This document shows, one piece after another, positions 13,862 to 30,800 of a stretch of DNA of 64,000 bases; positions within the stretch are counted from its first letter, which is position 1, and the number at the start of each line of letters is the position of its first letter. The notes below the pieces were generated by a model. That model searched no databases and was not told the origin of the DNA. It saw only the letters and a program-made list of their open reading frames with translations. This DNA comes from Pocillopora damicornis. Its lineage: Eukaryota. The stretch is taken from positions 248,001 through 312,000 of the forward strand of contig NW_020844494.1 of assembly GCF_003704095.1 (NCBI RefSeq). Reading direction: 5' to 3'. A program made the position numbers and the translations under genes.

Positions 13862-15107
13862 AGCCAGAAGCAAGCTTTGGGCTAAAAGAATATGGAATTT
13901 CCGTTTCCTTTAACCTAAATTCACTTCTACGGACTTAAAAATGGGCCGAAATGGAACACGAACCGTGAAAGAAATAAAAATTCGTCTAATTCATTCTACC
14001 AGGGAGAGAGAGAAATGAGGATACCGAAGCGCAATTGTGTTACTGAGAATTCTACCAGAAGTTTGCGTGTGAAACACGATTAAGGGAACAATATAGTGAT
14101 GTAAAGGTTAATTGATGTTCAGTATCGGTTATACATCAGATATCATGGCTTGTGTTATTTTTAAATTGTTGGATATTGAGCGGTATCCAACCTTTGGACA
14201 ATAAGAGGCACGGCTTACCCTACCCGTGCCTCTCCTTGCGGTCATGGTCACTGATACAGCACGTGTTTTTGAGGGTATACGAAGAGTAAACTTGTCTTGG
14301 TATTAGTGCGCTAAGTGGAAATAGCGAATATTTATTGGGCCTAAGGACCTTATATTTATGTCACGAAGAAAGAGACTTGAAAAGGAAAGTTTTTAATCGA
14401 GAACACTTTCATCTTTCTCCTGTATGAGTCGAGTACTCTTCTGAACGGGACGTTTAATGTAATTATGGAGAAAAAAGTATTTTATAGAGACTTTCAATTA
14501 CGTACTTAAATTCCAATAGAATGTGAATAGATTTCTAGACAATAGCTGTATATTAGCTCAGGTTAAGAATATGACAAATGTTAATAAGCGCACGATTAAG
14601 TGGAATAATGGAAAAACTTACCAGTATTTTTTCAGCTATTCTGGAGCTTTTAATTGTTCAGTTATCATTTCTTTCATCACCAGAAAAAATAATAATGTTT
14701 CTACTCCTTTTAAGAACTTGAAAAAACACACATAGAATACATTTTGAATTAATTCACCTATTTGAATGGAATGAATGGAATGGAACTTTATTTGCACTTT
14801 ACCATGGTTATGTGAAAATCAAGACTTTTACTTGAGTGTCAAAATAAACATATGAAATGCATCCTTTTAGAAGGGAATCACGTGAGAGCATTTAAACAAA
14901 CGTTCAAAACGCAAAAGAACAAAAGGTACTAAGTTGCAGTGAAACTTATGCCACTGTTTAAGATGGTACTGAACCAATCGCTTTAATGAGTCACTCTAAT
15001 TACAAAGTGCGCGTGTCCTCAACACTTTGAATGACGTATCTGACGATTGTGACGTGAAAGATTCGTTATCAAACGCAAGGGAGTTCTTGTTTTATGTTCG
15101 AGAAATC

Positions 15108-16964
15108 ATGGCAGACGAAGCGAAGAAAGATATGTCTATTGTTGAAGACAACGTTTTAGAAGTTTACGAGGTAGAGGATGGAGCTCTCCAAGAGTGCATG
15201 ATGTTTGTTAAAAAATTGAGTGAGACAAGTTTACGTGAGCTGGAAACCGAGAGGAACAATTTAAATGATCTGTTAGCCGAAGCCGAAAAGGAAGTGAATA
15301 AATTGAAAACTTCTCTCAAGAAAGCTAATGAGAACGTAGAGGAACTTACATCGAATGTGAAAGCTGAAAAAGAGCAACGCCATAAGGTTGAAGATCTTCT
15401 TGAAACAGTACAAACCACTGTGGATGAGTTGAAGATTGAATTGAGTCGCAGTAACGACTCAGCTGAGGACCTGCAAAAGATTACGCAGGAGAAAACGCGG
15501 GCTCTGACGGAGGCAAACGAAGTGATTGCTAAGATTACTGAAGAGAAGAAAGCTCTGCTAGAGGAGATCACAAAACTACAGCGCTTGAGATCCCAGGAGG
15601 AAGAAGATACTAACACTATACATCAGCGGCTACTCAAGGAACAAGAAAAAGTGTTAGTTCTTGAAGAAAAGCACGAGGAAGAAGTATCACAATTGAATCA
15701 AGAGTTGACTGAAGTACAGAGTTACTTGACCTCGCTGAAAGAACAAACCGCTGCCGAGGTGGCACAGCTCAAACAGAAACTTGACCTAGAGCAAAAGATG
15801 AACGAAAGCTTAAGCAATGAGGCTGACAGCTGTGTTGATGACATCAAGAAACAGCTTGTGAAAGTCTCGCGTGAGAATGAAGAAATGCAAGCAAGTAAAA
15901 AATCTCTTTCTGATCGACTGAATACCGCGGAAGAGGAGATACTGATACTGAGAAGGAAACTAAATGAAGAAAAACAGAGGAGAGAGGAACTTTACCAACA
16001 TGACAAGGCGCATCTTGAAGAAACAAACAGCCAGTTAGAGAAAAAGATATCGGACAATGAGGTTTTGAGTGCGGAGAAGGAAGAAATTGAAAGGAAACTT
16101 CTTTCTTTAGAGGGTGAAAAAGAAGAACTCATAAGTCGCGCCAAGAAGTTGGAAGAAAGCATGGAGGCTACACGAGGCGAAATGTTATCCCTTCAGGAAG
16201 AGTTAGAAGCCTCAAAAACTTCTCACAAGGTACCTTCTGACCATGATCATACTGAAGAAGCCGCTGACTCATGGGCGAACAGAGTGGACGAGGCAGAAGA
16301 CTGGGAACAAAAATACAAGGAACTTGAGATTGAGCAAGAAGCGCTGCAGAAGCAGTTTACACAGGTCAGGAAACATCGTAACCGGGTGCTGCGGGAGAAT
16401 GGAGGGCTACGGCGTCAGATGTCCATGGCAGCTGCTCAGCTTGCAGTCACCAATCAGAAGTTTCAAAGGCAGCTTCAGCATTTTCGCACGCAGCTAAACA
16501 TGGCTGAACATTTGTATCGTGAAAAGATGTTGGAATGCAGTATTCTTGAAGTGCAACTTAAGCATCTTCTGAAGTCCTCTAATTCTTCCCAACAAAGTTA
16601 TGATTATTCCAGCAGCAACTCCGAAGATCAATCTCGTGAATACATCAACCGATCCATTAACTTTGGTCGCCGTCACGACTTCTCAGTTTCCCGCCCTGTA
16701 CAGCGTTCACGTGATGACAATATGAGGCACGTGCATTACGCGGGGAGACAACAGCATCCGTTCAAGAACGTGACTCAACAGAAACGAGTTCTACCGACCC
16801 AACCCGATATCCAGCAAATTGAAGACGTCACTGTTGATGGCAGCGCAAATAGTGTGGAAGAGGAGTGTAACTTGCCAGATAATTGTACACCAGAGTATTC
16901 TGAGGAGCCTGTTGAAAGCATCAGTGATCCCGAGACTCCTACGCCTACTGACTTGGCAGCTTAG
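15108..16964 (+). CDS. Uncharacterised intronless long coiled-coil protein, 618 aa from the first ATG
   Basis: 1.9 kb uninterrupted ORF in AT-rich DNA; E/K/L/Q heptad pattern over ~480 aa; Ser-rich then acidic tail; AATAAA at ~17008. Confidence 0.8.
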   Translation: MADEAKKDMSIVEDNVLEVYEVEDGALQECMMFVKKLSETSLRELETERNNLNDLLAEAEKEVNKLKTSLKKANENVEELTSNVKAEKEQRHKVEDLLETVQTTVDELKIELSRSNDSAEDLQKITQEKTRALTEANEVIAKITEEKKALLEEITKLQRLRSQEEEDTNTIHQRLLKEQEKVLVLEEKHEEEVSQLNQELTEVQSYLTSLKEQTAAEVAQLKQKLDLEQKMNESLSNEADSCVDDIKKQLVKVSRENEEMQASKKSLSDRLNTAEEEILILRRKLNEEKQRREELYQHDKAHLEETNSQLEKKISDNEVLSAEKEEIERKLLSLEGEKEELISRAKKLEESMEATRGEMLSLQEELEASKTSHKVPSDHDHTEEAADSWANRVDEAEDWEQKYKELEIEQEALQKQFTQVRKHRNRVLRENGGLRRQMSMAAAQLAVTNQKFQRQLQHFRTQLNMAEHLYREKMLECSILEVQLKHLLKSSNSSQQSYDYSSSNSEDQSREYINRSINFGRRHDFSVSRPVQRSRDDNMRHVHYAGRQQHPFKNVTQQKRVLPTQPDIQQIEDVTVDGSANSVEEECNLPDNCTPEYSEEPVESISDPETPTPTDLAA

Positions 16965-17665
16965 CTAATTTACAAACTGTACTCCAGCTGTTATCTGCTT
17001 ATAGCTCAATAAATTGTTTTGATTAAATATTGCTCTAATGTGGTGTGCCAGTTCTTTACCATAATTAAAAATGTTAGCCTGCCTTACTGAATGCATGCTA
17101 AACCTCTTCCAAAAGTTCTGTTCTATCTAAATTTTCCAAAGACGACAGACCAACAAAACTGCGCAAAAAACTGAAAAAATTGGAAGAAATTTAAAAAAAA
17201 TAGAACATTTGAATTACGCTGTGAATCCCGCACAATGAAAACGATTTTATTTTGGGGCGCACGACAAACTGCTCAAACCTTAACAAAATTGCACCCTTTG
17301 ATAATTTTGAAAGTTTTATTTCGCCAGTTTAAAGCGAGAAAATCTAACCCAGATATTTAAATGGAAACCCTGTTCTAGGCCTTCCATTAGTGAAGACAAG
17401 CGATAAAGGCCAGTGAGCAGAGACCAGTAGTTTATTAGCACACACCGTACCCAGATTCTGGCATTGGCTATTGAGTGGCTTGGGGTATATGCTTTATTGT
17501 ACATATTTCCAATTTCAGACAGCCATTTCTTTGATAATTTGAATTGAAATCGTTACTGAGTATTTCTTTTACCATGCTTGCAAGAGTTTTTATACTTACC
17601 AGTAAATTCAATTTAGAATCTCAATCCCTAATATAATATCTTATGTTCCTATCTGTACAAGGTGA

Positions 17666-21469
<3,804 letters not shown>

Positions 21470-22443
21470 CTGCTGACTAGGAACATTGCTCAACACAGGA
21501 ACTGAATGTCTAAAGAACCTACAAATGCTACTTGTAGACTTTCAACTCTGTTATAACTTGCTACTTTCACTCACAAAATAAAACATGATTGAATTCTTAA
21601 CTTTGTTTCCTTTTGTCAATAAAGTGATAGCTCTCACATCATTATTTTGTAGCTGAAGTAAGAGTATCTTAATTGTTCTAATTGTTTCATCATGTTTGTT
21701 GACATTGAACATATTAAGCATATAACCATGAGCACTCGCTCCTGGTGACTATCTGCAAAGCTGGGGTGACAGTCTTTTGTGTTTCCATTTAAACAGTTTG
21801 ACTGGTTTTAAATCAAGCTCTACAGCTTTTGTATTTGTCTCTTTCTAAATAAATTTTGTTGAAAAATTGTAATTTTACTTGAACTTGTGATATGAGATGC
21901 TGTTGATATTGGGCAACAATTGTATATAATGCAAGAATTTGCCTTTCTTGAGAAGTCTGTTCATCAAATCACTTAAAAAAACGTTGTTTAAATTGTCCTT
22001 GTTAGCTTTGAACTAGCCTTGAATTAGTAGTACTGAATATGAGAATTTGAAACCAGCTATAGTCACAACAAATTGTGAGCTGATTTGTCTTTGTTTCTCA
22101 GGCTGTGATTGTTTGCAAAGTGATGCACATTGCATGAGTGCAGTTTGAAAAAAAGGGTCAGGTCCGTTGATTTGAGGCCGTTTTATTTTCTCTTTTGAGC
22201 CCTTCGTGGGATTTTGACTGATGTAGTAGTCATCAGAAGAGTGACAGTACATGACTGTTACACAACATGTTCAGATTTTTACCCATGCGTAGGCTTGGGG
22301 ACAAATTACAAAGCATCCGAGTGGTGGCCTGGGAATAGTAACTTAAAAATCTGTTGCAACCAGCACTTTCCTAGAGATTTGTATGTTTGAACTTAAAAAC
22401 ACAATTTTGATGCGGTAGATGTGGCTGAAAGGACATTGTTTTG

Positions 22444-25388
22444 ATGGGTGCATTTCTAGACAAACCAAAGACTGAAAAACTGACAAAGTCTGCGTCGGGA
22501 AATGGACTTCGCTATGGGCTGGCGTCTATGCAAGGCTGGCGTATTGAAATGGAAGATGCTCACACTGATATCACTGGCTTGAACCCGGAGCTTCAAGAAT
22601 GGTCATTTTTTGGCATTTTTGACGGCCATGCAGGCTCAAATGCGAGTCTTTATTGTGCAGAGAATCTCCTAGGGTGTGTTTTATCGAGCGATGATTTTAA
22701 ATCGGCACTAAAAAACGGGCCATCTTCGCCTGACTTGGAGCAGCTTAAAAGCGGGATAAGGATGGGATTTTTTGAGCTGGACAAAACGATGCGAGAACGC
22801 CCAGCCTGGATAAACGGGGATGACAAAAGTGGTACTACAGCCGTAACAATCATGATTACCCCTAAGCAATTTATCTTTGCCAACTGTGGAGACTCTAGGG
22901 CTATTTTATGTAGCAACGAGAAAGTGACTTTCCATACAGTCGATCACAAGCCATCCAACCCAGACGAGAAAAATCGCATTGAGAGGGCTGGGGGTAGTGT
23001 TATGATCCAAAGGGTAAACGGCTCTTTGGCAGTTTCTAGGGCTTTAGGAGATTTCGAGTACAAGATGGATAGAGTTTTAGATGCGGATAAACAACTAGTT
23101 TCGCCAGAGCCGGAGATTTCGGTGATTTCAAGACAAGATGATGTGGATGAGTTTATCGTGGTCGGCTGCGATGGTATCTGGGATGTGATGACTAACGAAG
23201 AAGTAGGAGATTACGTTCGCTCAAGAATGCTTCTTTCTGACGATTTAGAACTAATTTGCAGCGAGCTCCTCGACACCTGTCTAGCAAAGGTGAGATTGTC
23301 AGTTTTTATGTTGTTTTTGATCAGTTTTGTCGTCGGATTCACGTGGTTGTACACGTAATGTTAGGTAGTAACGGCAAATAAGCGTTTGTGTTAAAACAGT
23401 TAGCCTTAACTTTGTTAGGAAAGTTCTTCGTCGCATTAACTTGCAGACAGTTTGTTAATTGAAGTGATCTGAAATGTTTCACAAACAAGTGAGCTTTCTC
23501 AGCTGTTTTGAGCTTTTTAAACTAGAATATTTTAAAAGCCAGCTGCATAGTACGGATCGTATTGTTACAAATCCTACCATGTATTTTTCATGTGGATTGT
23601 ACAGAAGATTTTACGGAGGCATAATTACCTAATATTTTCGTAGAGACAACAAAAATTGAGTAAAGTTATCTTTGATGTATTTGAAGCATAATTTTTTGAA
23701 GTTTTGCGTCGTTCACAACTCGTTAAGACATTCCCGGAAACTCTATGGCTTCAGATAAATAACGAGCGACTCTGAACTTAAATACCAGACCTCTAAGCAC
23801 GTCTTTTCGTAAATAGTTGTCTTGATGTTTACTGTTAAAATGTTTCCATGTGTTCCTTTGGTGGTTTTTTTTTGGCTTATTGATAATCCATATCATTTCC
23901 AAACTGACTGGCACCTTTAGAGTCATTTATTTTACATGTCTTTCCGCAGTGTATTAGAATTTGAGGTTCCTTGGTGTAGCTCATTTTCACTTTCACTTAA
24001 TTTCACAGGGAAGTCGTGATAACATGAGTGTGATTTTGGTCACTTTCCCTGGAGCACCTCGAGTTTCTCAGGATGCTATTAAACAGGTACTTCATGTTAG
24101 TACAGGTTATTTGTATTGTTGACTGTATGAACCAGACAACAATTAAATTGCCCCACTTTTTGAATTAGGGAAAAGACAAAGAATTATGTTCTGGTGCTAT
24201 TTGCGAGAAAGGTGACAATCTTACAGTCATGTTTGAAAATCTTAATTATAATAAGGATAGTGAGGGTCATTCTGCCATGTTTCCTGATATTTTTGAGGTT
24301 TGAATTTAAAAAGTATAACATTTTTTTTTATCTTGGACTTAACATCACAACATAATATATCTCTTTGAGACTTTTCTCTTTTGTTTATTTATTTTTAGGA
24401 AGCAGACCTTCATGCTGACATAGAGAAAAGAATAGAAGGTAGGTCCAGTTTAACAGTAGAAAGTACTGTGCATGTCAAAAAATATAACTTTGCTCTGTAA
24501 GTGTTGATAAAATTTACATGAGAAACCACATTCTTCACCATCCCTCATTTCCTGTGAGGTGTAGCCACTGAAAGTTTCTTAAAGGGTTGATCAGTAGTGA
24601 GGTCATATGGCTTTTGGCGGTTAAGGTTTTTCCTGGTTAATTGTGTGCAATAAGCTTCAGATGTAGAGTGGTTTCTTGACAAAAGTTGATTTACAATGTT
24701 CTCAAGTTAATTGAGAACATTACTATGTCATCTTTTCAGCCACCAACAAGAGAACTACCTTCATTCAGATTTTTTAAAAATGATCCAGCAAACAAACTTT
24801 TGTTAAAATGGAGGATACAAAAGTTCCTGTTGTTGATTTATTTGTTGTCTAAAAAATTGACTCTAAAGTTTTTCTGTAGTTAGCTCAAAGTACATTTGAT
24901 TTGTTCTTCCACTTTAGTGATACTCCAAGAAAACCCTGGTGGGGTTGATTTGTATTATGCCATGCATTTATTATCCAGTGAGGACATTCCATCCTTGCCC
25001 CCAGGGGGAGGACTCCAGGCTAAGTAAGTATTACCATGGTGATGCCCTCAGTATAATTAACTTCCAGTACATAACAATTTTTACAAGTAATACTCTCTGT
25101 ATTTGTCTTGCATTTATTTCCACTTAGGGTTGGGTTGTTCTAAACATGATTAATGTAACCCAGGATTAGTGTAAATTTTGTATTTATTTTTTTAGCTTTG
25201 CATAGGGATATTTCTTTTATATTTTTTCCCCATTAGTTTCAAGTCATATTGAGATAGAACCCAACAAAACCTTAGCCCATATCCCAGGTTTTTGGCTTAT
25301 TATAAAGTTTTTGTTTTGACTTCCATTTTACAGGCAGATTTTTGTTCAGAAGACATTGGAAAAACTGTCAGCCAAACAGGAAAATGAG
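22444..25388 (+). CDS. PPM1A: Protein phosphatase 1A/1B (PP2C alpha/beta); final coding exon uncertain
   Basis: MGAFLDKPKT, SMQGWRIEMEDAH, DGHAG, CGDSR, CDGIWDVM, GSRDNMS, LPPGGGL. Exons approx. 22444-23289, 24009-24086, 24399-24439, 24917-25023, 25333-25388. Co-orthologous to vertebrate PPM1A and PPM1B. Confidence 0.93.
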
Positions 25389-26552
25389 GTGAAAAACATC
25401 CAATCTCACTTTTCTATATTTATGGCTTAAGCCAATTTAAACTGTCTAACTTTTCAAATGCTGAACCTGATACCCTCCAGTTGATTCAATTATGCTGTGA
25501 AGAAGAACACAAAACTGGTGGATATAAATAAACAAATCAGCTGACAAACATGTGCAAATGTTTCTTAATTTATGTTATACAAAAATTAAACACCACTGGT
25601 CTCAACAAAGCTAATCAATTCCTGACTCCTTGTTGCCTGACCTCAGAAGCCTGTGCTTTGTACCATACAGAGATCACAGTTGTCCAGGTTTGATATATTC
25701 CTGGTCTCATTTATTAACTTTAAACAGGGCAAAAAACATACTCTCATACTGATTAAACTTGAATGCTACAATTTGAGGAGCAGAACACACTGATTTTGAT
25801 TTTTAAATCAATTATTTGGTTTAACCGAAACAGGGTTGTAACGTGGTAATTTGAACCAGGCCTATGTTTATTTTCTCTGTACTTTTAATATTCCTGGCAG
25901 GTGCTTTCACTGTGGTGCCAGGCCCAACAAATTTTTTTCTGATTGTAATAGAGCACAGTGTGATTTCCCTTGTCATGACACCCTCTCTTGTGTAGTAGAA
26001 CATATGGAGAAGTATGCTCCCTGTTTGAAACCATATAATATTTATCCCCATGCCTCCATCCAAAAGTGGTAAAAAAATTATGACATCAAACAAGTATTGA
26101 GGTGCTGAACAATGGCTACTAGCCAACCTTTTACAAGTTGTCTTCAAATGTGTTAAAAATTTGACAGGGACACAGCTTTTCCTTCTTGTTCAGAACTGTG
26201 GCAGCATATCTATGATGTAAAAAAAAGTCTCTCTCTTCTTTTTCACCTTTTGATAGTTTTTCTGGAACGATAATAAGCCGCATAAAGAGGCATTCCTTTA
26301 CTCTAGTGTTCAGTAATATATCTAGAGCAGGAACTGTTTCTGACTCGTATGTTGAAGTTTTGTGTGTATGGTTAAGCTACTGAGCTGTTTTCAAAATGTG
26401 GGTGTGTATTCCCGAATGTTAACTCATTTAAAGACAATTTCAAACAGATAGCTTACTTGTTTGAATACCAAAGCACAAATAAAAGTAAATTTGTCCTTAT
26501 GCTTTTGAATGACATGGAGAAAACTGTATGTTGTTTGGATTGTGCTTCTCCT

Positions 26553-26764
26553 TTAACCCTTTTTACCCAAACATCAGGATGCATATTCTCCGTACTGTTC
26601 TCTGTACATTTCCCAAGGTGCTTACAGGGAGAATTTGTTGAACAATCAAGTGCTACTTTAGTTGGTGATTATTTCCATTATTCTAATGACCTTGGTGTTT
26701 GATTCAGGGTTAATAATGTAATGAGAAATTAGATGTAAGTCACTCTTTGGAGTCAAAGGGTTAA
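26553..26764. mobile_element. piggyBac-like MITE
   Basis: Begins TTAA-CCCTTT and ends AAAGGG-TTAA; internal similarity to copies at 53988 and 56103. Confidence 0.7.
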
Positions 26765-28029
26765 GCTGTTTCTATAGTGATGATTAAGTTATTTTTTTTA
26801 ACATTGACTGTGTTATTATAGGTAGAGTGATGGACCTTAAAAGCCTGGCTGAAGACAGTGTTCCTGAAGTGTTTACCTTAACTTGTAATATGTTTGGTTA
26901 CAAATTGTGAAATAGACCTTGGTGTGGTTTTAGATAGATTCAACATCGTGTGTTTATATAACTTTTTGAGAATATAGATTTGATTAGTGTACCAAATAAA
27001 AGCAACCAGTGAGTGATGCCATAACATATATCCTTGCATGGAAGCATAATTATATTCTCCTTACTAAACAAAAATGTTTATTGTGTGGGAGAGTAGTATT
27101 GTAATGTGTTGCTCTGGTTGTTTACTACTTTGATTTTATTCTTGTCATGTCAACATTTGGAAAGAATTAAAAGGTTACTTGATTCATGATTGGGTTATGC
27201 ATCTTGGCTAAAAATTGTATTCCTGTTTTACATGAAAGCCTGTTTTTTCTTCATTAACCCTTTTACACCACAGATCTGATAGACAGATCTGGCTGTAGGT
27301 GCTACTCAATTGTATGGTAAAAGGGAAATTTAATGTTACTTCTGTAAATTTTCTTCACCTGTTTGCTGGATATTGTATTGATGACATATTAGTATTGTAA
27401 CTTCAAAGAACAAGTTGCATGTTTCCTGTTTTTGGGAGTAAAAATGGTTCAGTCAAGTGTGTTTTTCAAGTGCTCTGTAGTTCTGGAAATAGAAATTCAG
27501 TGTTACTGTCTTGCCAATCCTATAATATGTGATCCATAATAAACAAATTGTATACCACACCAACTCAAATAAGTAAATCGAAGGAGAGCTGTGAACAGTA
27601 ATAATGAATTAGAGGATTAAGTGACAGTTAAGAGTACAGGTACTTCAAAAGTGTAGTTGTGTACAATTAATGACTCTCTCTCTTCCATAATGTTTCTTCA
27701 TCTGCAATCAGAAGCCCTTATTAAACTTGATACCATTGTAAGGTTCATTCTGTATAAGTGTCCTGTGCATTCCAAGTGTTTACTTAATCCCATCACTAAG
27801 TTTAGCAAAGTCTTCATGCTGGGTTCTGTGGCTGGTCTTGGAACAGAAATCACATTCATGATTGATCTCCAGTGTACAGTGCACCAGACATATGTAGCCT
27901 TCATATGACTTTGCCACAATTAATCTTTAGTATAAAATACGTTCTTGATAGTGGCATTAATTATATTCCTCAGGAATGAGTATTCTGATTGTTTTGGTGT
28001 TTGTTGTTCTGTAAGGATCATTGCCTTTA

Positions 28030-28200
28030 ACTGTGACTGAGATTTTTTACAACCTGAGGGGAATGTATTGAGGGAAAGTCTTTATTGGAAAGTCTTCATA
28101 AGAGCCCTTAAATGTGAGGATGACTTTGAAATGAGTTTTAAAATCTCAGTCACGATGAAACACTGCTCTTTTTCAGGACTACCCTTGCCAAGATGACTAC
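28030..28200. mobile_element. Degenerate inverted Penelope-like terminal-repeat remnant
   Basis: Inverted arms gtgactgagatttt ... aaaatctcagtcac, followed by ...tcaggactaccct...gatgac, resembling a remembered cnidarian Penelope end. Confidence 0.4.
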
Positions 28201-29129
28201 TGTTTCTTCCAGATTCCAACTATTTAGTGTAGGGTGTTTTTTGGCATATGTGTGTTCCATTTGTGAAGGCCTCTAAAGTAACTTTGCATCACTTCTTGTA
28301 AAATTACAGCTCACTTTCATTTTAAGTAGTGCAAAACCCCCCAGCCCCCTCCCCTTGCCCCCTTCAATGCGATGGGGTAAGAGATAGAGAAAAAGAGAGG
28401 CCCTGGGCCCTAGGTTGATTCCATCATTCACTCATTACATCAACGAGAGGAAATGTTTAGTTTAAAAGATTCTGAATTTGTTAGTTCTTATACATTGAAG
28501 GATTATAAAAATGTAAATGTTAGCTGGTTAAAGACTGTCGTTATTTTGTATTTAGTACTTCACCAAGTCTGAGAAAAGTTATTACACACATTCACCTTTT
28601 TTTTAAATGTCTTTTTTTTTGTTATGTCTTATTCATTATCTTGCAGACTTAGACCAATCAGAATCATTTTCATATGTACCCCATACTACAACAATACTCG
28701 CCGCGGATATAAGATCAGATTTGTTTGATCATAACTTCATAAAATAATTTGTAACCCCATCTTCCTACTGCAACTTAAGCCAGACTATCCACAGAAGATG
28801 TCTGCTTTCTTCAGATTCTTGTGTAATCCTGTGTGAATGTCCATCTTTAAGCTGTTGGCGTTTGTGTTCACGCGACGTCACAGCAGCCATTTTGTTGTCC
28901 TAAATAAAGTGTTCTAATAAATTTGCGTAGCTGCTCACTATTTGAGTGACAACGTTCTGTAGGTGGTGTTTTTGGTCCTTGCTTTTAAGCTATATTTGCA
29001 CGTTACAGTTAAGTGCAACAAAATGTTGTGGTAAATATTAGCCCCATGAACGAGTTTGACGCTAACCTACCGAACCTGCAATGACAACTAATTCATCACT
29101 CGCAAGGTGATCTGGATGCGAACGAGTAT

Positions 29130-30800
29130 TATTTTTAGTATTTGTGATAGGTGTTATCTTAAGCATTTGTTCATACGTCTACGAAGAGATTTCTTGAAGG
29201 TTATGTAACTCCTATCATACAGTATGTGTCCTCTACATCAACAGGTTCGCATGGAAGCCACAAATTTACCGGAAGAACTAATCACCCAGTACCTTCGGTT
29301 AGAGAAATAATTTTGGTCCTGTTTTTTAAAGTACGTTTTCCGTCCATCTCTTCCGTAGCACACATAAAAATGCTCCATGAACTGTTCAGGCCCCACAGGC
29401 GAATGGAGGGCCTCTGTGAAGACATCAACTCCATGATAATGCGCCTTAGACACATAATGTTCACGATATGGGGCAAAAAGAGGGGCGTCCCAAGTCAGGG
29501 TCACGCTACATAACACCAACACAGCCAATAAGCATGGCAAATAGCCCCAGCCCCAGGCCTCCACCAGCATCCGTTCAGCTGAAAACTGAATATACATGGT
29601 ATCGTTAATGGACTCTTTTCAACAAAATATTTTCTTGCATGGGAAAATTCCTCTACACAAGGAGTTTTTTCTAGTCTCCGATCCAAATATTTTCCCTAGC
29701 CGATAGGGCTATACTAAGTTCGGACGAGCGGAGTAATACAGGATATGATTTGTTTTGTTTCACCACGCGGTGTAATAGATTTTAATGAGAAGTCGCGTGC
29801 TACTCTCTCAACTAATCAGACGCAACATTAACTCGCATCAGCAAGTTTTGAAATCTCATTGAGAAATTTTCCTTTGTTCCGATTGGCCGTTTTACTTCTT
29901 TATTTCCGTTCGGTCGACGCTCAACCGAAATGCGCCTTATCAACAGAAGACCCCACTTTGACTTATAGTGGTCAAACCGGCGATTCACACGGCATGTATG
30001 ACATGTTGCTAGTTGTACCGAAAAGTTTTGAATATGTCTCCAGAAAATCCACATATAATGAAGAAGCGAAAATATATCTGTTTCCGAAGAACTTAACGCT
30101 GTCAGCAATTTTTCCATTCTTTAAACCTAAGTACAATTTAAGTAAATGTATGCCGATCTATCAATTGCAGACCATCAGTGACGTCATGATAGATTTCAAT
30201 GATAGGAGTTTGTTTACGATCAACCTTGTCTTGAACCCAAATTTTTGAGTCAATTTTTGAGGCATGGAAATGTATCAATTCTATTTCAAGTATTCATACT
30301 ATTAACGTATTAAGAGACGGGAAAAGTCCTGAAGCGGTGAATTTTTCAACTTTACACACTGAAAAAAGATCGGAAAAAACTCTTAGACTATTGTGATGGC
30401 AATGTTTCGAGACATATTTATGAGAAAAAAATCATTCTAATATCGATATGGATGTCACTGGTGGGCGTTACAAATAGTCTTCGATCATGAAACAACCTCC
30501 GGTCATTCAATAACTTTTTCATGTTTTTCTTTCTTTGTTAACGACGTTTCCTAGACGAACTTCTTCACGAGTTTTCAATGATTCGGTTACACGGTCTTGC
30601 TATGGTTTACCGCTTTATTTGATCAACTGCATCCATCTCATTTGGTATTTATTAGTTTCTAGTTTCTTGCAACGCAACTGGAACCCACTATCCATACAAC
30701 TTCGTTTGGTCGACAAAATTGTAACTATAGTCCCAGGGTTTATTACAGTTTTAGTCAATCTTCAATCCGTACAGGGAAATGTAAGGAAGTCACTGATCTA
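29130..30800. pseudogene. Decayed coding-like region (possible relics of secreted or membrane-protein genes)
   Basis: Higher GC than flanks; hydrophobic, signal-peptide-like segment in an ORF lacking an upstream ATG (29859-30248); protein-like frames interrupted by stops; no recognisable family. Confidence 0.3.

Noticed and set aside
15164-15616. 150-aa minus-strand ORF
   Set aside because: Antisense shadow of the coiled-coil gene.
29150-29250. Selenoprotein reading of the TGA in ...RTC*CRG...
   Set aside because: No SECIS or known selenoprotein fold recognised, and the coding strand itself is uncertain. Kept only as a check in the decayed-island finding.
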